Origin: an uncultured delta proteobacterium
GTDB taxonomy: Bacteria; Desulfobacterota; Binatia; UBA9968
NCBI GenBank assembly: GCA_963755715.1
Contig: CAVWLW010000059.1
Location: 192,001 to 256,000 of the forward strand
Length of the DNA: 64,000 nucleotides
Direction of reading: 5' to 3'
Part shown: piece by piece, positions 50,286 through 60,889 of the stretch
How positions within the stretch are numbered: the stretch's first letter is position 1
Layout of the letters: every line of letters starts with the position of its first letter
Notes under the pieces: model-generated
Told to the model about the DNA's origin: nothing
The model's input: only the letters and a program-made list of their open reading frames with translations
The model's database searches: none
Made by a program: the position numbers and the translations under genes

Positions 50286-51557
50286 ATGAATGAGCAGACA
50301 ACTGCCATCGCTTCGGCAGCCCCAACACCCGCCGACGCGCCGACTCTCGAAGCAACAATTCGGCAAAAACGACTGGCCCTGAGTCTGATCAGCACCTGTC
50401 ATACGCTCAATCATCTACAGTACAGCATTACCTCGGTTCTCTTTCCGGTAATGATGACGGAACTTGGTTTCGGCCTGCTTCAACTCGGCGCGCTCTCGGC
50501 GATCTCCAATTTCGTCGGCCAAGGATTGCAGGTTGTCTACGGCCTATTCACGGGTTTCTTCAAGCGTTCGGTGATTCTTGGCACTGGCAATGTCATCGTT
50601 GGCATCTCGGCGATCTCGCAGTACTTCGTTGGCAGCTATCCACAATTGCTCGCGGCCCGCATCGCCATCGACGCGGGATCGAGCCCGCAGCATCCGCTCG
50701 GTGCGAGCATTTTGTCGCGCTTCTATCCGAAGGCCCGCGGTTGGGCGCTCACCTTTCATCACTCGGCGGGCAGCTTCGGCTCTTTTATCGGCCCCGGGCT
50801 GGCTTCCATCGCGTTGCTTTACATGGGCTGGCGAACTGCTTTCATCGTTTTCGGCTTGGCGAGTCTCGTAATGGGACTCGCGCTTTTCGTCGTCCGCGAG
50901 CACGCGTCGCCGGCCGACGAAGCCAAAGAACGCAAGGGCGACTTCAAAGCCAACATCGACGCGTACCGCATCTGTCTCAAGAACCGCAACATTGTCTTCA
51001 CCTCTCTTGTTTTGATGGTAGGCGCTGCCGGTCGCGGCACCGGTATCAATCTCACTTATCTCGTCCCCTTCTTCATGGAGCGTTTCGATGTTTCTGCATC
51101 GGTCGGCGGATTATTTCTAACGCTGTTGCAAGGCGCCGGCTTGCTCGGTCCGCTCGCCATCGCTTGGGTATCCGATCGTTTGGGAAAGCGCGCGGTCGTC
51201 ACCCAGATCACGCTCCTGCTGTCGGCGCTCATGACCGTCTGGCTCGCTTATCAGACTTCCCTCGGCCTGCTTTTTTATTTAAATTTGATCCTCTACGGCA
51301 GCGTCGTCGAAGCGCGCAGTTCGCTGACGCAAACAATGATCAGCGACTTCGCCCGCGACGATCTCACCGACGCGGCTTTCTCAATTTATTACTTCGTCGG
51401 TTGCATTTCCGGACCGATCTGGACTTTGATCGTCGGCTACGTCATGCAAACTCACGGTTTCACACCGGCGTTTTTGGTCGCGGCTGCCACTTACTTGGCC
51501 GGCATGCTGCTGCTCACCTTCGTGAAGGAAGATTCCAAAGCGGCAACGCGCGCCTAA
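50286..51557 (+). CDS. MFS transporter (Fsr-like)
   Basis: H.LNH, QHP.G..ILS, SDRLG; 12 TM. Confidence 0.88.
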   Translation: MNEQTTAIASAAPTPADAPTLEATIRQKRLALSLISTCHTLNHLQYSITSVLFPVMMTELGFGLLQLGALSAISNFVGQGLQVVYGLFTGFFKRSVILGTGNVIVGISAISQYFVGSYPQLLAARIAIDAGSSPQHPLGASILSRFYPKARGWALTFHHSAGSFGSFIGPGLASIALLYMGWRTAFIVFGLASLVMGLALFVVREHASPADEAKERKGDFKANIDAYRICLKNRNIVFTSLVLMVGAAGRGTGINLTYLVPFFMERFDVSASVGGLFLTLLQGAGLLGPLAIAWVSDRLGKRAVVTQITLLLSALMTVWLAYQTSLGLLFYLNLILYGSVVEARSSLTQTMISDFARDDLTDAAFSIYYFVGCISGPIWTLIVGYVMQTHGFTPAFLVAAATYLAGMLLLTFVKEDSKAATRA

Positions 51558-51597
51558 ATTTCCAATCTCCGGGCGCGAGGCTGCGCTTCATGTCTCC

Positions 51598-52465
51598 ATG
51601 TTACCGCAAACTATCGCCCTGCTCGCCGCCATTGCCTACGCGTTTGGCTTCATCCTTTCCAAGCGCGGTCTGCGCTATTCGACACCGATCACGATCACGT
51701 TCATCTCGCTGCTCATGCAAACGGTGGTGCTGTTCGCGATCGTCTTCGCCTTCACCGGGATTCCGAGGACGCCGACCTTCGTGTTTGTCCTCTTCGTCAT
51801 CGCAGGGATCTTGCAAGCCGTCGTGCGCCAGTTAACTTACATCGGCATCGAAAAAATCGGCGCGGCGCGCAGCCGGCCCAATCCGTGCCTCAGTGCCGCT
51901 TTGGAGCGCCGCTATCGCCATCTTTTTTCTTGGCGAAAAGATGACGCTCGCAGTCGCCGCCGGCACGTTGCTCGTCTTTGCGGGAATTCTTTTCATCTCC
52001 TGGCATGCCGACGAAGGCGTGCAAGACTTTCGGCGCTGGTACGTCGTCGCGCCGCTGCTCGCGGCGATTCTAGGCGGCGTCATTTATCCCTTGCGCCGTT
52101 ACGCTTTGCGCTTTTCCGACGAACCGGTTTATTTCGGCGCCGTCGTCGGCATCGTCGGCTTGATCTGCACCGCCATCTTCATCGCCCTGCCGACAACCAA
52201 AGACCGACTCGTCTGGAACCGCCAATCGATCGGCTACTTCGCCGGCGGCGGCGCGTTCGAATCCCTGGGCCTCTTGCTCGTGCTCTATGCGCTCACCTAT
52301 GGCCCGGTAGTCGTGGTTACGCCGCTTACTGCGACGCTCCCTCTCTGGGTCGTGCTCGGCAGCAAGCTGTTCTTGCGCGACCTGGAAAAAATCACTCCAC
52401 GCATCGTCGCTGGTGCTGCTCTCGTCGTCGCTGGCACGATTGCGATTTCCCTCTCTAAGTCATAA
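51598..52465 (+). CDS. EamA/DMT transporter; frameshift near 51875
   Basis: Hydrophobic repeats, FLGEK, GPV.VV.PL..T.PL. Confidence 0.85.
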
Positions 52466-52475
52466 CCATACCGCG

Positions 52476-52513
52476 TTGACATACCATTTGTACGTGTATT
52501 CAGAATATGCGTA
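52476..52513 (+). promoter_or_regulatory. putative promoter with overlapping palindromic operator
   Basis: TTGACA at 52476; imperfect palindrome TACGTGTATTC-A-GAATATGCGTA at 52491-52513. Confidence 0.35.
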
Positions 52514-52571
52514 ACTGTAAGCGCCCGTACAGCCGAGGCCCTACGCGCTCGGCAATACTGAATTAACTTTT

Positions 52572-53357
52572 ATGTCCGCTTTTAAAGAGCTCTATGGCCC
52601 GTGGGCTCTTGTCACCGGCGCCTCTGCCGGAATTGGGGCGGAGTTTGCCAAGCAATTATCTGGCCACGGATTAAATCTCGTTCTAATTGCGCGCCGGCGG
52701 CAAAAGCTCGAAGAACTAGCGCGCGAACTCCAAGCTAAGAATAGAATTCAAGTTCGAATCCTTGCCCTAGATCTATCCCAGCCAGACTTTTTGCCGCCAA
52801 TTTTAGCCTCCACCAACGGACTCGAGATCGGTTTACTGGTCAATAATGCCGGTTTCGGCATTGCCGGAGGATTCTTGGATCACGATCTCGAAAGAGAGCT
52901 AGACTTACTGGCGGTCAACTGCCGCGCGCCACTGATATTGACGCACGCGTTCGGACGGGAGATGGCACAGCGTAAAAGAGGCGCCATCATCTTCGTTTCA
53001 TCCGTCAGCGCTTTTATCGCGACTCCGTTTGAGGCGACGTACGCGGCGAGCAAAGTCTATGAACTCTATTTGTCAGACGCCCTTGGCTACGAGCTACGAA
53101 ATAAGGGCGTGCAGGTTTTGGCTTTGTGCCCCGGGTCCACCGACACTGAATTTCATGAAATCGCCGGCTCACCCGCGGTAGCCGCGATGCCCGTAGAACC
53201 CGTGGTTAGATTGGCACTGCGAAACCTAGGCAAAAAGCTTGTGGCTATACCCGGCTGGCACAATCGCTTGCTGGTCTATACTCTGAAGCTTACGCCGCGT
53301 CGTTTACAAACCTTCCTCGCCGGCAGGGTAATGGCCAACCTCGTCAAAAAAACGTAG
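52572..53357 (+). CDS. short-chain dehydrogenase/reductase
   Basis: TGASAGIG, NNAG, YAASK. Confidence 0.92.
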   Translation: MSAFKELYGPWALVTGASAGIGAEFAKQLSGHGLNLVLIARRRQKLEELARELQAKNRIQVRILALDLSQPDFLPPILASTNGLEIGLLVNNAGFGIAGGFLDHDLERELDLLAVNCRAPLILTHAFGREMAQRKRGAIIFVSSVSAFIATPFEATYAASKVYELYLSDALGYELRNKGVQVLALCPGSTDTEFHEIAGSPAVAAMPVEPVVRLALRNLGKKLVAIPGWHNRLLVYTLKLTPRRLQTFLAGRVMANLVKKT

Positions 53358-53417
53358 CCTCGCCTCATTCTCTCCCACTCTGGTTCACCCGATTTCGTAT
53401 GTTATAGTTGTGGCGCG

Positions 53418-54938
53418 ATGTGGTCCGTGCCAAATCAGTTACTGAGGAGTACGAACAGCGAGTTCCCGCCGCAGACTAATTCATCGCAAAGTGATTTCAC
53501 CGGGCGAATAGATCGCCGCCTGAGCTTTGTTTATATCTCACTTTTCGTGCTGCTTCTAATCGTCGGTGGAGCCTCGCTCTATCTTTTGGGCTCCCATCTG
53601 ATCAAATCCGCGGCAATATCGAGGCAGAGCGAACAAATTCATATCGTCGAACAAATAGATCGCCATCTACAAACTTTCACTTCTGCAATACAGCTGGCGC
53701 ACCTGCAAGGTAATACAATTACAAATCACTATTTAGAAGATTCCTCTAGACAGTTTGAAACTCTTCTGACTCTGTATAGGAATTCGGGCGGATCCGAACG
53801 CAACATTCTGGAAATGCGGCAGATGATTTCCGACGCGGAAAGCGTCACCGCTGCCATCGCGAACCGGATGCGGAACAACCTCAACCCTACCCCGCCTGTG
53901 AATACCCACGACCTAACAGTGATGGAGTCGATTCAGCAGCGCATTCAATCCTTTACCGAGCGGGTAAGCGCCGAACACGAGCGAGTCGAAGATGAGCTTG
54001 TTTCCGGGACGCGCGCAAAGATGAGACTCATCATAGGCTTTAATATCGCATTGGTTTTGATCGGAACCGTTTTTCTCGTTGTTTTGAAACGGCACTTTAA
54101 CCATACGATAGCCATTCCTCTACGTCGGCTCGCCGACAAATCCGCAGTCATAGCAAGGGGCGAGTTTCCCGAGGCGATCCCCGTGGCTTCAAAGGATGAA
54201 ATTGGACTCGTGAGCCACAGCTTCAATCACATGGCCGAGCGTTTAAGAGAACATCAGGAAAAGTTAAAAGGCGTGGCAATTTTAGAGGAACGAGAACGAG
54301 TCGCCTGCGAGCTTCATGACAGTCTAGCCCAAGATCTCGCCGCGATCCGACTAAAACTCATCGCCGCTCATCGAAGCATCAACACCGACGCCGTCGAGCC
54401 GACCGAGGGCCGTCTCAAAGAACTGATTCAGATCGTCGACGACGCTTATCAGAACTTGCGAGAATCGATTTTTGGGTTACGCGCTCTTACTCTAAGAAAT
54501 GACGTGGGCTTGATCACGGCACTTCGGGCGTTCCTTCGAGATTTTAGCGAAGTGAGAAAATTGCCCGTCGAACTTATCGTTGCCGATTTCGCGGCGATTC
54601 ATTTTTCACCGGGGGTTGAAATACAATTTATCCGCATTCTTCACGAAGCCCTCGCAAATATCGTCAAGCATGCCCACGCGAGCAAGGGAACCATCAGCAT
54701 TACCCCTCACGAGCAGACCGCAACGATAACCATTGAGGATGACGGCGAAGGATTTTGTCCGGCAACAATATTCGAGTCCAGTCTGCGTTTCGGTCTTACG
54801 ACGATGAAAGATCGAGCGCAATCCGCAGGCGGCGACCTCTGCGTCGAAAGCAAACCCGGGATCGGCACTAAAGTCACGATTTATCTGCCATTGCTCTATC
54901 CGAAAGAGAATGAAACCCATTCGGCTACTGTTGGCTGA
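53418..54938 (+). CDS. membrane sensor histidine kinase (HAMP + HisKA_3)
   Basis: Two TM, DEIG...FN.M, ERERVACELHDSLAQ, EAL.N..KHA, DDGEGF. Confidence 0.92.
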   Translation: MWSVPNQLLRSTNSEFPPQTNSSQSDFTGRIDRRLSFVYISLFVLLLIVGGASLYLLGSHLIKSAAISRQSEQIHIVEQIDRHLQTFTSAIQLAHLQGNTITNHYLEDSSRQFETLLTLYRNSGGSERNILEMRQMISDAESVTAAIANRMRNNLNPTPPVNTHDLTVMESIQQRIQSFTERVSAEHERVEDELVSGTRAKMRLIIGFNIALVLIGTVFLVVLKRHFNHTIAIPLRRLADKSAVIARGEFPEAIPVASKDEIGLVSHSFNHMAERLREHQEKLKGVAILEERERVACELHDSLAQDLAAIRLKLIAAHRSINTDAVEPTEGRLKELIQIVDDAYQNLRESIFGLRALTLRNDVGLITALRAFLRDFSEVRKLPVELIVADFAAIHFSPGVEIQFIRILHEALANIVKHAHASKGTISITPHEQTATITIEDDGEGFCPATIFESSLRFGLTTMKDRAQSAGGDLCVESKPGIGTKVTIYLPLLYPKENETHSATVG

Positions 54939-55578
54939 CGATCACACCCTTTTTCGAAAGGGTTTGGTCAGTCTTCTGGAACAAGAAAGATGTTTCGAGA
55001 TTGTCGGCGAAGCCGACAATGGCCAACAAGCGATCGCGCAAACAAAAGTGTTTCGCCCGGATCTTGTGTTAATGGACATTCATATGCCTGTTGTCGACGG
55101 ACTGGAGGCAACCCGGCAAATCACCAAAACGCTGCCCCAATCGCGCGTTGTGATTCTGACGGTTTCCGAAGAGGACAAGGACGTCTTTGAGGCGATCAAG
55201 TGCGGCGCTTACGGCTATCTCTCCAAGAAGATCGAGCCGGAAAAATTATGCGAATTATTATTGGGCGTCTCGCGCGGCGAAGCAGCCCTTACTGGCTCCA
55301 CGGCAACGAAAATTTTGCAAGAATTTGCCGCGGAACAATCAAAGACTTGCGAAGCGGCGGACCTCCGCGCCCTCACAGAACGAGAACAAGAAGTTCTCAA
55401 ACTTTTAGCGACCGGACTCACCAACAAGGAAATCGGCGCGCGACTGTCGCTCGCCGAAAACACCGTCAAGAACCATCTTAAAAATATTCTCGCCAAACTC
55501 CATTTACAGAATCGTGTACAAGCCGCAACTCTAGCAGTCCAACAAGGTTTGCACGGCGGTAAAATTCGTCGACCGTAG
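54910..55578 (+). CDS. NarL/LuxR response regulator
   Basis: DDH, MDIHMP, LTERE.EVL, TVKNHL. Confidence 0.95.
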   Translation: MKPIRLLLADDHTLFRKGLVSLLEQERCFEIVGEADNGQQAIAQTKVFRPDLVLMDIHMPVVDGLEATRQITKTLPQSRVVILTVSEEDKDVFEAIKCGAYGYLSKKIEPEKLCELLLGVSRGEAALTGSTATKILQEFAAEQSKTCEAADLRALTEREQEVLKLLATGLTNKEIGARLSLAENTVKNHLKNILAKLHLQNRVQAATLAVQQGLHGGKIRRP

Positions 55579-55607
55579 CGCACCGTCACTTCGCGCCCCG
55601 CGAGCTC

Positions 55608-55646
55608 ATAGCCCCTTAGAGCTAGCGACCCTAGCTCTTAATATCT
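55608..55646. promoter_or_regulatory. candidate NarL-type regulator binding boxes
   Basis: TAGCCCCTTAGAGCTA imperfect palindrome plus second TAGCTCTTA copy upstream of desaturase. Confidence 0.4.
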
Positions 55647-55763
55647 CGGCATTTCACTGTATCGCACGAAAGCAGTCGCGTATATTTTTCTCGACGGGCG
55701 AATGGTTTGGTATTTCGATTGTCGCCCATTTGCGGACGAGCTCATACGCAACCCCATCAAGTC

Positions 55764-56772
55764 ATGATTGCAATCTCCAAATACCGACCGCGCCGAAGAG
55801 TTGCGACAAACTGCTCCAATCCGTCAATCCCAAAAATAACCAACCTCACCCTAGCCGGTCTGCACTGTTGCATCAGTCTATTTCAGTTTTTCGTTTTGCC
55901 GATTTATCTATTGCCGAGGAGCCCGCGCTGGGGCGTCGTCCTTGTTGCCTGTGCGCTTACGACAACGCCTCTATGGGCCCTGCTACACGAAGCCATTCAC
56001 GGGGTATTCAACGCGTCCGGTTGGGTCAATGGCACCGTGGGAAGACTACTCGCTATCTGTTTCGGCTCTCCTTTTCACGTTCTCCGGCTCACTCACCTTT
56101 CGCATCATAAGTTCAACCGGGCGAGTAACGGAAAAAGGTACGGAAATTTATGATTCACTGAAAGTCTCACGGCTTCGTGCGTCGGTTAATTACTTCTTTT
56201 ATATTTTTTGCGGGCTCTACTGGCTCGAAGTTGCCTCGATATTTATATTTTTTGTTCCGCCCAGCGTCTTCCATCGGATGCGCAGGCGCCTTTTCGACCA
56301 AGGAAATCCGCAGGAAAAATGGTTGGCAGGACAATTTATGGACGAGACGCTCGTACGGCAAACCCACATCGATGGACTGGTGATCTGCCTGATATTGAGC
56401 TTCAGCGCCTATTGTTTCGGCCGGCACTGGTTGATGTTCGCTGCCCTTTTGATGGGACGAACGTTGCTCGTCTCGCTGCACGACAACGTCTACCATTACG
56501 GCACGCCTGTAGGCGTGGCAGTTTCCGGCCACAATCTCTTCATGCCTAAATTCTTCGCGACGCTGGTGCTCAACTTTAATTTGCACCGCATCCATCACAG
56601 ACACCCCAACGTACCATGGATCGAGCTGCCGGATTATTTTGCTCGGCAATCCGAGACTTATGATCAAAATTTTTTAATTGCGCTCGTCAATCAACTGTGT
56701 GGTCCAATCCCCATTTCAACCGCTCCCGAACGATTTCAATCGCCGCAAAAAATCGAGTCGGCCAACTCTTAA
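55764..56772 (+). CDS. membrane fatty acid desaturase family protein; frameshift near 56120, start uncertain
   Basis: His boxes HEAIH, HLSHH, HRIHH..P.VPW. Confidence 0.8.
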
Positions 56773-56797
56773 GCAACCGCACTCCTAAAGTCGTATC

Positions 56798-57031
56798 ATG
56801 CTAAAAGCAGATAGTTGGTCACGGGACTTGCTACTCCTTACACTTTTGCTCGTCCTGTTCTTCGGCTTTCAGTTAGGCAAGCGAGCCATGTGGTCGCCGG
56901 ACGAAGGACGTTACTCCGAAGTTGCCCGCGAAATGGTTGTGAGCGGCGATTACATTACGCCGCGCCTCAACGGCGTTAAGTTTTTCGACAAACCGCGGCT
57001 TTTCTATTGGCTCCAGAGCCTGGTCACATAG
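56798..57031 (+). pseudogene. ArnT/PMT glycosyltransferase N-terminal fragment
   Basis: PDEGRY.E.AREM..SGD.ITP.LNG..F..KP; truncated after 77 aa. Confidence 0.85.
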
Positions 57032-57040
57032 GAGGCGACG

Positions 57041-57506
57041 ACGGCGCGATCAACCCTGAAGGTAAATGGCAAGAATCAAAGCATTGACGCAGAGCCCCGA
57101 CATGCCTCTGCTCTACGCTCTACGCAACGATCTCCAACTCAACAGTCCCAAGTTCGGCTGCGGCCTATCTCAGTGCGGCGCTTGCACCGTGATCATGGAC
57201 GGTAACGCCCTTCGTTCCTGCGTTACTCCAATCAGCGCAGCGCAGAACAAATCCGTCACCACGCTCGACGGTCCGGGGACGATCAAGAAGATGCACAAGA
57301 TCCAGCAGGCCTTTGTCGACGAGCAGGCGGCGCAGTGCGGTTACTGTATCAACGGCATGATCATGTCGACCAAGGCTCTTTTCGATAAGAATCCCAAGCC
57401 CAGCGATGACCAGATCAAGACCGCCTTGGCCGGCAACCTCTGTCGTTGCGGCACGCATATTCGCATTCTTCGTGCGGTCAAGCGAGCATCCGGCCAATCG
57501 GCTTGA
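57041..57506 (+). pseudogene. degenerate copy of (2Fe-2S) small subunit
   Basis: Start ATG mutated to ACG, frameshift near 57096, extra substitutions versus 57984 and 60890 copies. Confidence 0.75.
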
Positions 57507-57518
57507 GGGAGGAAATTC

Positions 57519-57550
57519 ATGGACATCACTCGCAGGCAATTCTCAAAGGC
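57519..57550 (+). pseudogene. first ~11 codons of molybdoenzyme large subunit
   Basis: ATGGACATCACTCGCAGGCAATTCTCAAAGGC matches 58473-58505. Confidence 0.8.
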
Positions 57551-57769
57551 GGCGGAGCGTTCGAATCCCTGGGCCTCTTGCTCGTGCTCTATGCGCTTAC
57601 CTATGGGCCGGTAGTCGTGGTTACGCCGCTTACTGCGACGCTCCCTCTCTGGGTCGTGCTCGGCAGCAAACTGTTTCTTCGCGACCTGGAAAAAATTACC
57701 CCGCGCATCGTTGCCGGGGCCGCGCTAGTCGTCGCCGGCACGATTGCCATCACTCTGGCGAAAACTTAA
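57548..57769 (+). pseudogene. duplicated 3' end (222 bp) of EamA gene 52244-52465
   Basis: GGGAFESLG...VAGTIAI shared; nearly identical first half, many synonymous differences distally. Confidence 0.9.
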
Positions 57770-57983
57770 CATTTTTGAGCCCATGGGCAGGCGACTCAGG
57801 TCGCTTTACGTCATTCTTTTCCAGGCGATAAAGATGCCGGCGAGCAAGATCGGGGCAGTTAATGGTCACCCGCCCCGTCACCTTTTCGCTTGTGAAATCT
57901 TGACTTTCCGCGACAACTTTCCACAATGAGACAAGTCTACGTCCCCCAGCGGACTTCGGTTGTCATAGGAAAAGGAGGCGACT

Positions 57984-58450
57984 ATGGCGCGATTAACGCT
58001 GAAGGTAAACGGTAAGAATCAAACCATCGACGTAGAGCCCGACATGCCGCTTGCTCTACGCTCTGCGCAACGATCTCCAACTCAATGGCCCCAAATTCGG
58101 CTGCGGCCTGTCCCAATGCGGCGCTTGCACCGTCATCATGGACGGCAACGCCATTCGTTCCTGCGTCACTCCCGTCAGCGCGGCGCAGAACAAATCCGGT
58201 CACCACCCTCGAAGGTCTGGGCACGACCAAGAAGATGCACAAGATCCAGCAGGCCTTTGTCGACGAGCAGGCGGTGCAGTGCGGTTACTGCATCAACGGC
58301 ATGATCATGTCGACCAAGGCGCTGCTCGATAAAAATCCCAAGCCCACCGACAGCCAAATCAAGACCGCCTTGGCCGGCAACCTGTGCCGCTGCGGCACGC
58401 ATATCCGAATATTGCGCGCGGTCAAACGGGCTTCGGGGCAATTGGCCTGA
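57984..58450 (+). CDS. (2Fe-2S) small subunit, CoxS/IorA-like; frameshifts near 58050 and 58198
   Basis: KFGCG..QCGAC, QCGYC, NLCRC across three frames. Confidence 0.85.
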
Positions 58451-58463
58451 AGGGCGGATAGCG

Positions 58464-60734
58464 ATGAAATCTATGGACGTCACTCGCAGGCAGTTTCTCA
58501 AAGGCACCGGCGCGCTCATCGTCAGCTTCAACCTCTTTCCCTCCCTCCCATCGGTTTTCGCGCAGTCGAATCTGTTGCCGAACGGCGATCTCGATCCCGC
58601 ACAGCTGGATTCCTGGCTTGCCATCGCTCAAGACGGCACGGTGACGCTATTCACTAGCAAGGTCGATTTAGGGACCGGCATCGTGACCGCGTTGGCGCAG
58701 ATCGCCGCCGAAGAGTTGGACGTGTCGTGGAAACAGATCAAAGTCATCCAGGGCGACACCGCTCTCACCGTCGACCAATCGGCCACCGGCGGCAGCCGCA
58801 CTGTTGAACGCGCCGGCCCGCAGGTCCGCCAAGCCGCGGCCGCTGCCCGGCAAGAGCTCATGCGTCTCGCCGCGGCAAGACTGGGCGTTGACGCAGACAA
58901 ACTGAAGGTCAAAGACGGCATCGTCACCGCGCTCGACAACCCATCGAAAAAAACCACGTACGGACAGCTCGTCGGCGGCAAGAAATTCAATGTCAAAATC
59001 ACCGCTCAAGGCGCCGCCGCAGATCTTAAGCTGGCGCAGGACGTCAAACCGAAAAACAGTAAGGACTATCAAACCGTCGGCACTACCGTGCCGCGCTTCG
59101 ACATCCCGCCGAAACTTACCGGCGAAGCGGTCTATATTAATGATTTGCGCATCCCCGGCATGTTGCAGGGCCGCGTCGTCCGACCGCCGATGATCAGCAC
59201 CGATCCGCTCGCTATCGACGAAGCATCGATTAAAAATATCCCCGGCGTCGTCAAAGTCGTGCGCGAAGGAAAATTCGTCGGCGTGGTCGCCAAGACCGAA
59301 TGGGCGGCGATCAAAGCGGCGCGAGCGCTGAAAGTCACGTGGTCGAAACCGACGACTGAATTGCCGGCCAACGCGGAGGAACTTTACGCTTATCTGAAAA
59401 GCACCAAGCCGATGCGCAGCCAAAAGGTAGTGGAGAAAGGCAACGTCGATAGCACTCTCGCTCAGGCCAAGAAGAGCTATTCGCGCACTTACCGTTGGCC
59501 GCTGCAGTTGCACGGCATGATCGGACCGTCGTGCGCCATCGCCGACGTGAAGTCGGACAAGGCGACGATTTGGTGCGGCACCCAGGGACCGTTTCGTTCG
59601 CGCAAGAATATCGCCACGTTGCTTAAACTTCCGGAAAAAGATGTGCGGGTGATCTACTACGAGGGCTCGGGTTCCTATGGCCGCTTGGCGACGGAAGATG
59701 CCGGCGAAGACGCAGCTCTGTTGTCCCGCGCGGTCGGCGCGCCGGTACGGGTGCAGTGGTCGCGCGAAGACGAGCATGGCTGGTCGCCCAAGGGGCCGGC
59801 GCAATTCGACGAAGTCAAAGCCGCGCTCGACAGCGACGGCAAATGGATCGCGTGGGACTTCACCGACTTCAGTTTGCCGCGCACCGAAGCGGACGGCACA
59901 CCCATGCTGGCGTCAGTGCAAGTCGGCATCAAACCCGCCAACCCTGACGCTTCCAATGGCGGTCAGAGTTCGGGCGAAATTTACGGTGTCGACCACCAGC
60001 GCATCTTCGCCAACCTGATCAATTGGCGCTTCGCCGAACCGATTCCGCTGCGCACCAGCCAGCTGCGCGCCCCCGGCGATATTGCGCGCTGTTTCGCGAC
60101 CGAATGCATGCTCGATGAAATCGCCGCTGATCTAAAAGCCGATCCGGTGGAGTTTCGCCTGCGCTATCTGACCAAAGACCAACGGGCGAGCGAATGTTTG
60201 CAAGCCGCAGCAGACAAAGCCCAGTGGCAAAAACGCGCCTTTCCGAGTCTTGTCGTCAGCGGCAACATCGCCAAAGGACGCGGCGTCGCGCTAACACGAC
60301 GCTCCGGCGCCTATGTCGCGCTGGTGGTCGATGTCGAGGTCGACAAGACCAATGGGCAAGTCGCCGTCAAACGGATCGTTTGCGCCCACGACTGCGGCCT
60401 GATCGTCAATCCCGACGGCGTCAAAAATCAAATTGAAGGAAACGTCATCCAGGGCGTCAGCCGCGCGCTCTTCGAAGAAGTGATGTTCGACGCCAATGGT
60501 GTCCGCAGCCTCGACTGGAGCAGCTACCCGATCCTGCGCTTCACCGACCTGCCGCCGTTGGACGTCGTCTTGATCAACCGGCCCGATATCGCGCCGCTCG
60601 GCGCCGGCGAACCGGCAACGATTCCTCTGGCGGCGTCCATCGGCAACGCGATTTTCGATGCGACCGGCGTACGCTTGTACGAAGGGCCCTTCACCGCCAA
60701 GCGCGTGCTCGCGGCGTTACAGAAAACCGCCTGA
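58464..60734 (+). CDS. xanthine-oxidase-family molybdopterin subunit (IorB/NicB-like) with Tat signal
   Basis: TRRQFLK, GTG..TALAQI.AEEL, LRAPG, NPDG.KNQIEG, GAGEP. Confidence 0.92.
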   Translation: MKSMDVTRRQFLKGTGALIVSFNLFPSLPSVFAQSNLLPNGDLDPAQLDSWLAIAQDGTVTLFTSKVDLGTGIVTALAQIAAEELDVSWKQIKVIQGDTALTVDQSATGGSRTVERAGPQVRQAAAAARQELMRLAAARLGVDADKLKVKDGIVTALDNPSKKTTYGQLVGGKKFNVKITAQGAAADLKLAQDVKPKNSKDYQTVGTTVPRFDIPPKLTGEAVYINDLRIPGMLQGRVVRPPMISTDPLAIDEASIKNIPGVVKVVREGKFVGVVAKTEWAAIKAARALKVTWSKPTTELPANAEELYAYLKSTKPMRSQKVVEKGNVDSTLAQAKKSYSRTYRWPLQLHGMIGPSCAIADVKSDKATIWCGTQGPFRSRKNIATLLKLPEKDVRVIYYEGSGSYGRLATEDAGEDAALLSRAVGAPVRVQWSREDEHGWSPKGPAQFDEVKAALDSDGKWIAWDFTDFSLPRTEADGTPMLASVQVGIKPANPDASNGGQSSGEIYGVDHQRIFANLINWRFAEPIPLRTSQLRAPGDIARCFATECMLDEIAADLKADPVEFRLRYLTKDQRASECLQAAADKAQWQKRAFPSLVVSGNIAKGRGVALTRRSGAYVALVVDVEVDKTNGQVAVKRIVCAHDCGLIVNPDGVKNQIEGNVIQGVSRALFEEVMFDANGVRSLDWSSYPILRFTDLPPLDVVLINRPDIAPLGAGEPATIPLAASIGNAIFDATGVRLYEGPFTAKRVLAALQKTA

Positions 60735-60889
60735 TGCTTTGGAGTTTTATGACCGCCGCATGCCGCGTGATATATGAAAAAGATTCGCCGAACAGCGGCG
60801 TACCGCACAACGATAGTCGCCTTGATATTTCCCGTATGAGAAAATTATTAACTTGAGATGGCAATCCATCGCCTGAAAGGAGCTGATTC

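Noticed and set aside
52244-57769. EamA duplicate as DGR TR/VR or phage attL/attR
   Set aside because: Differences are mostly synonymous and not adenine-specific; no integrase or RT
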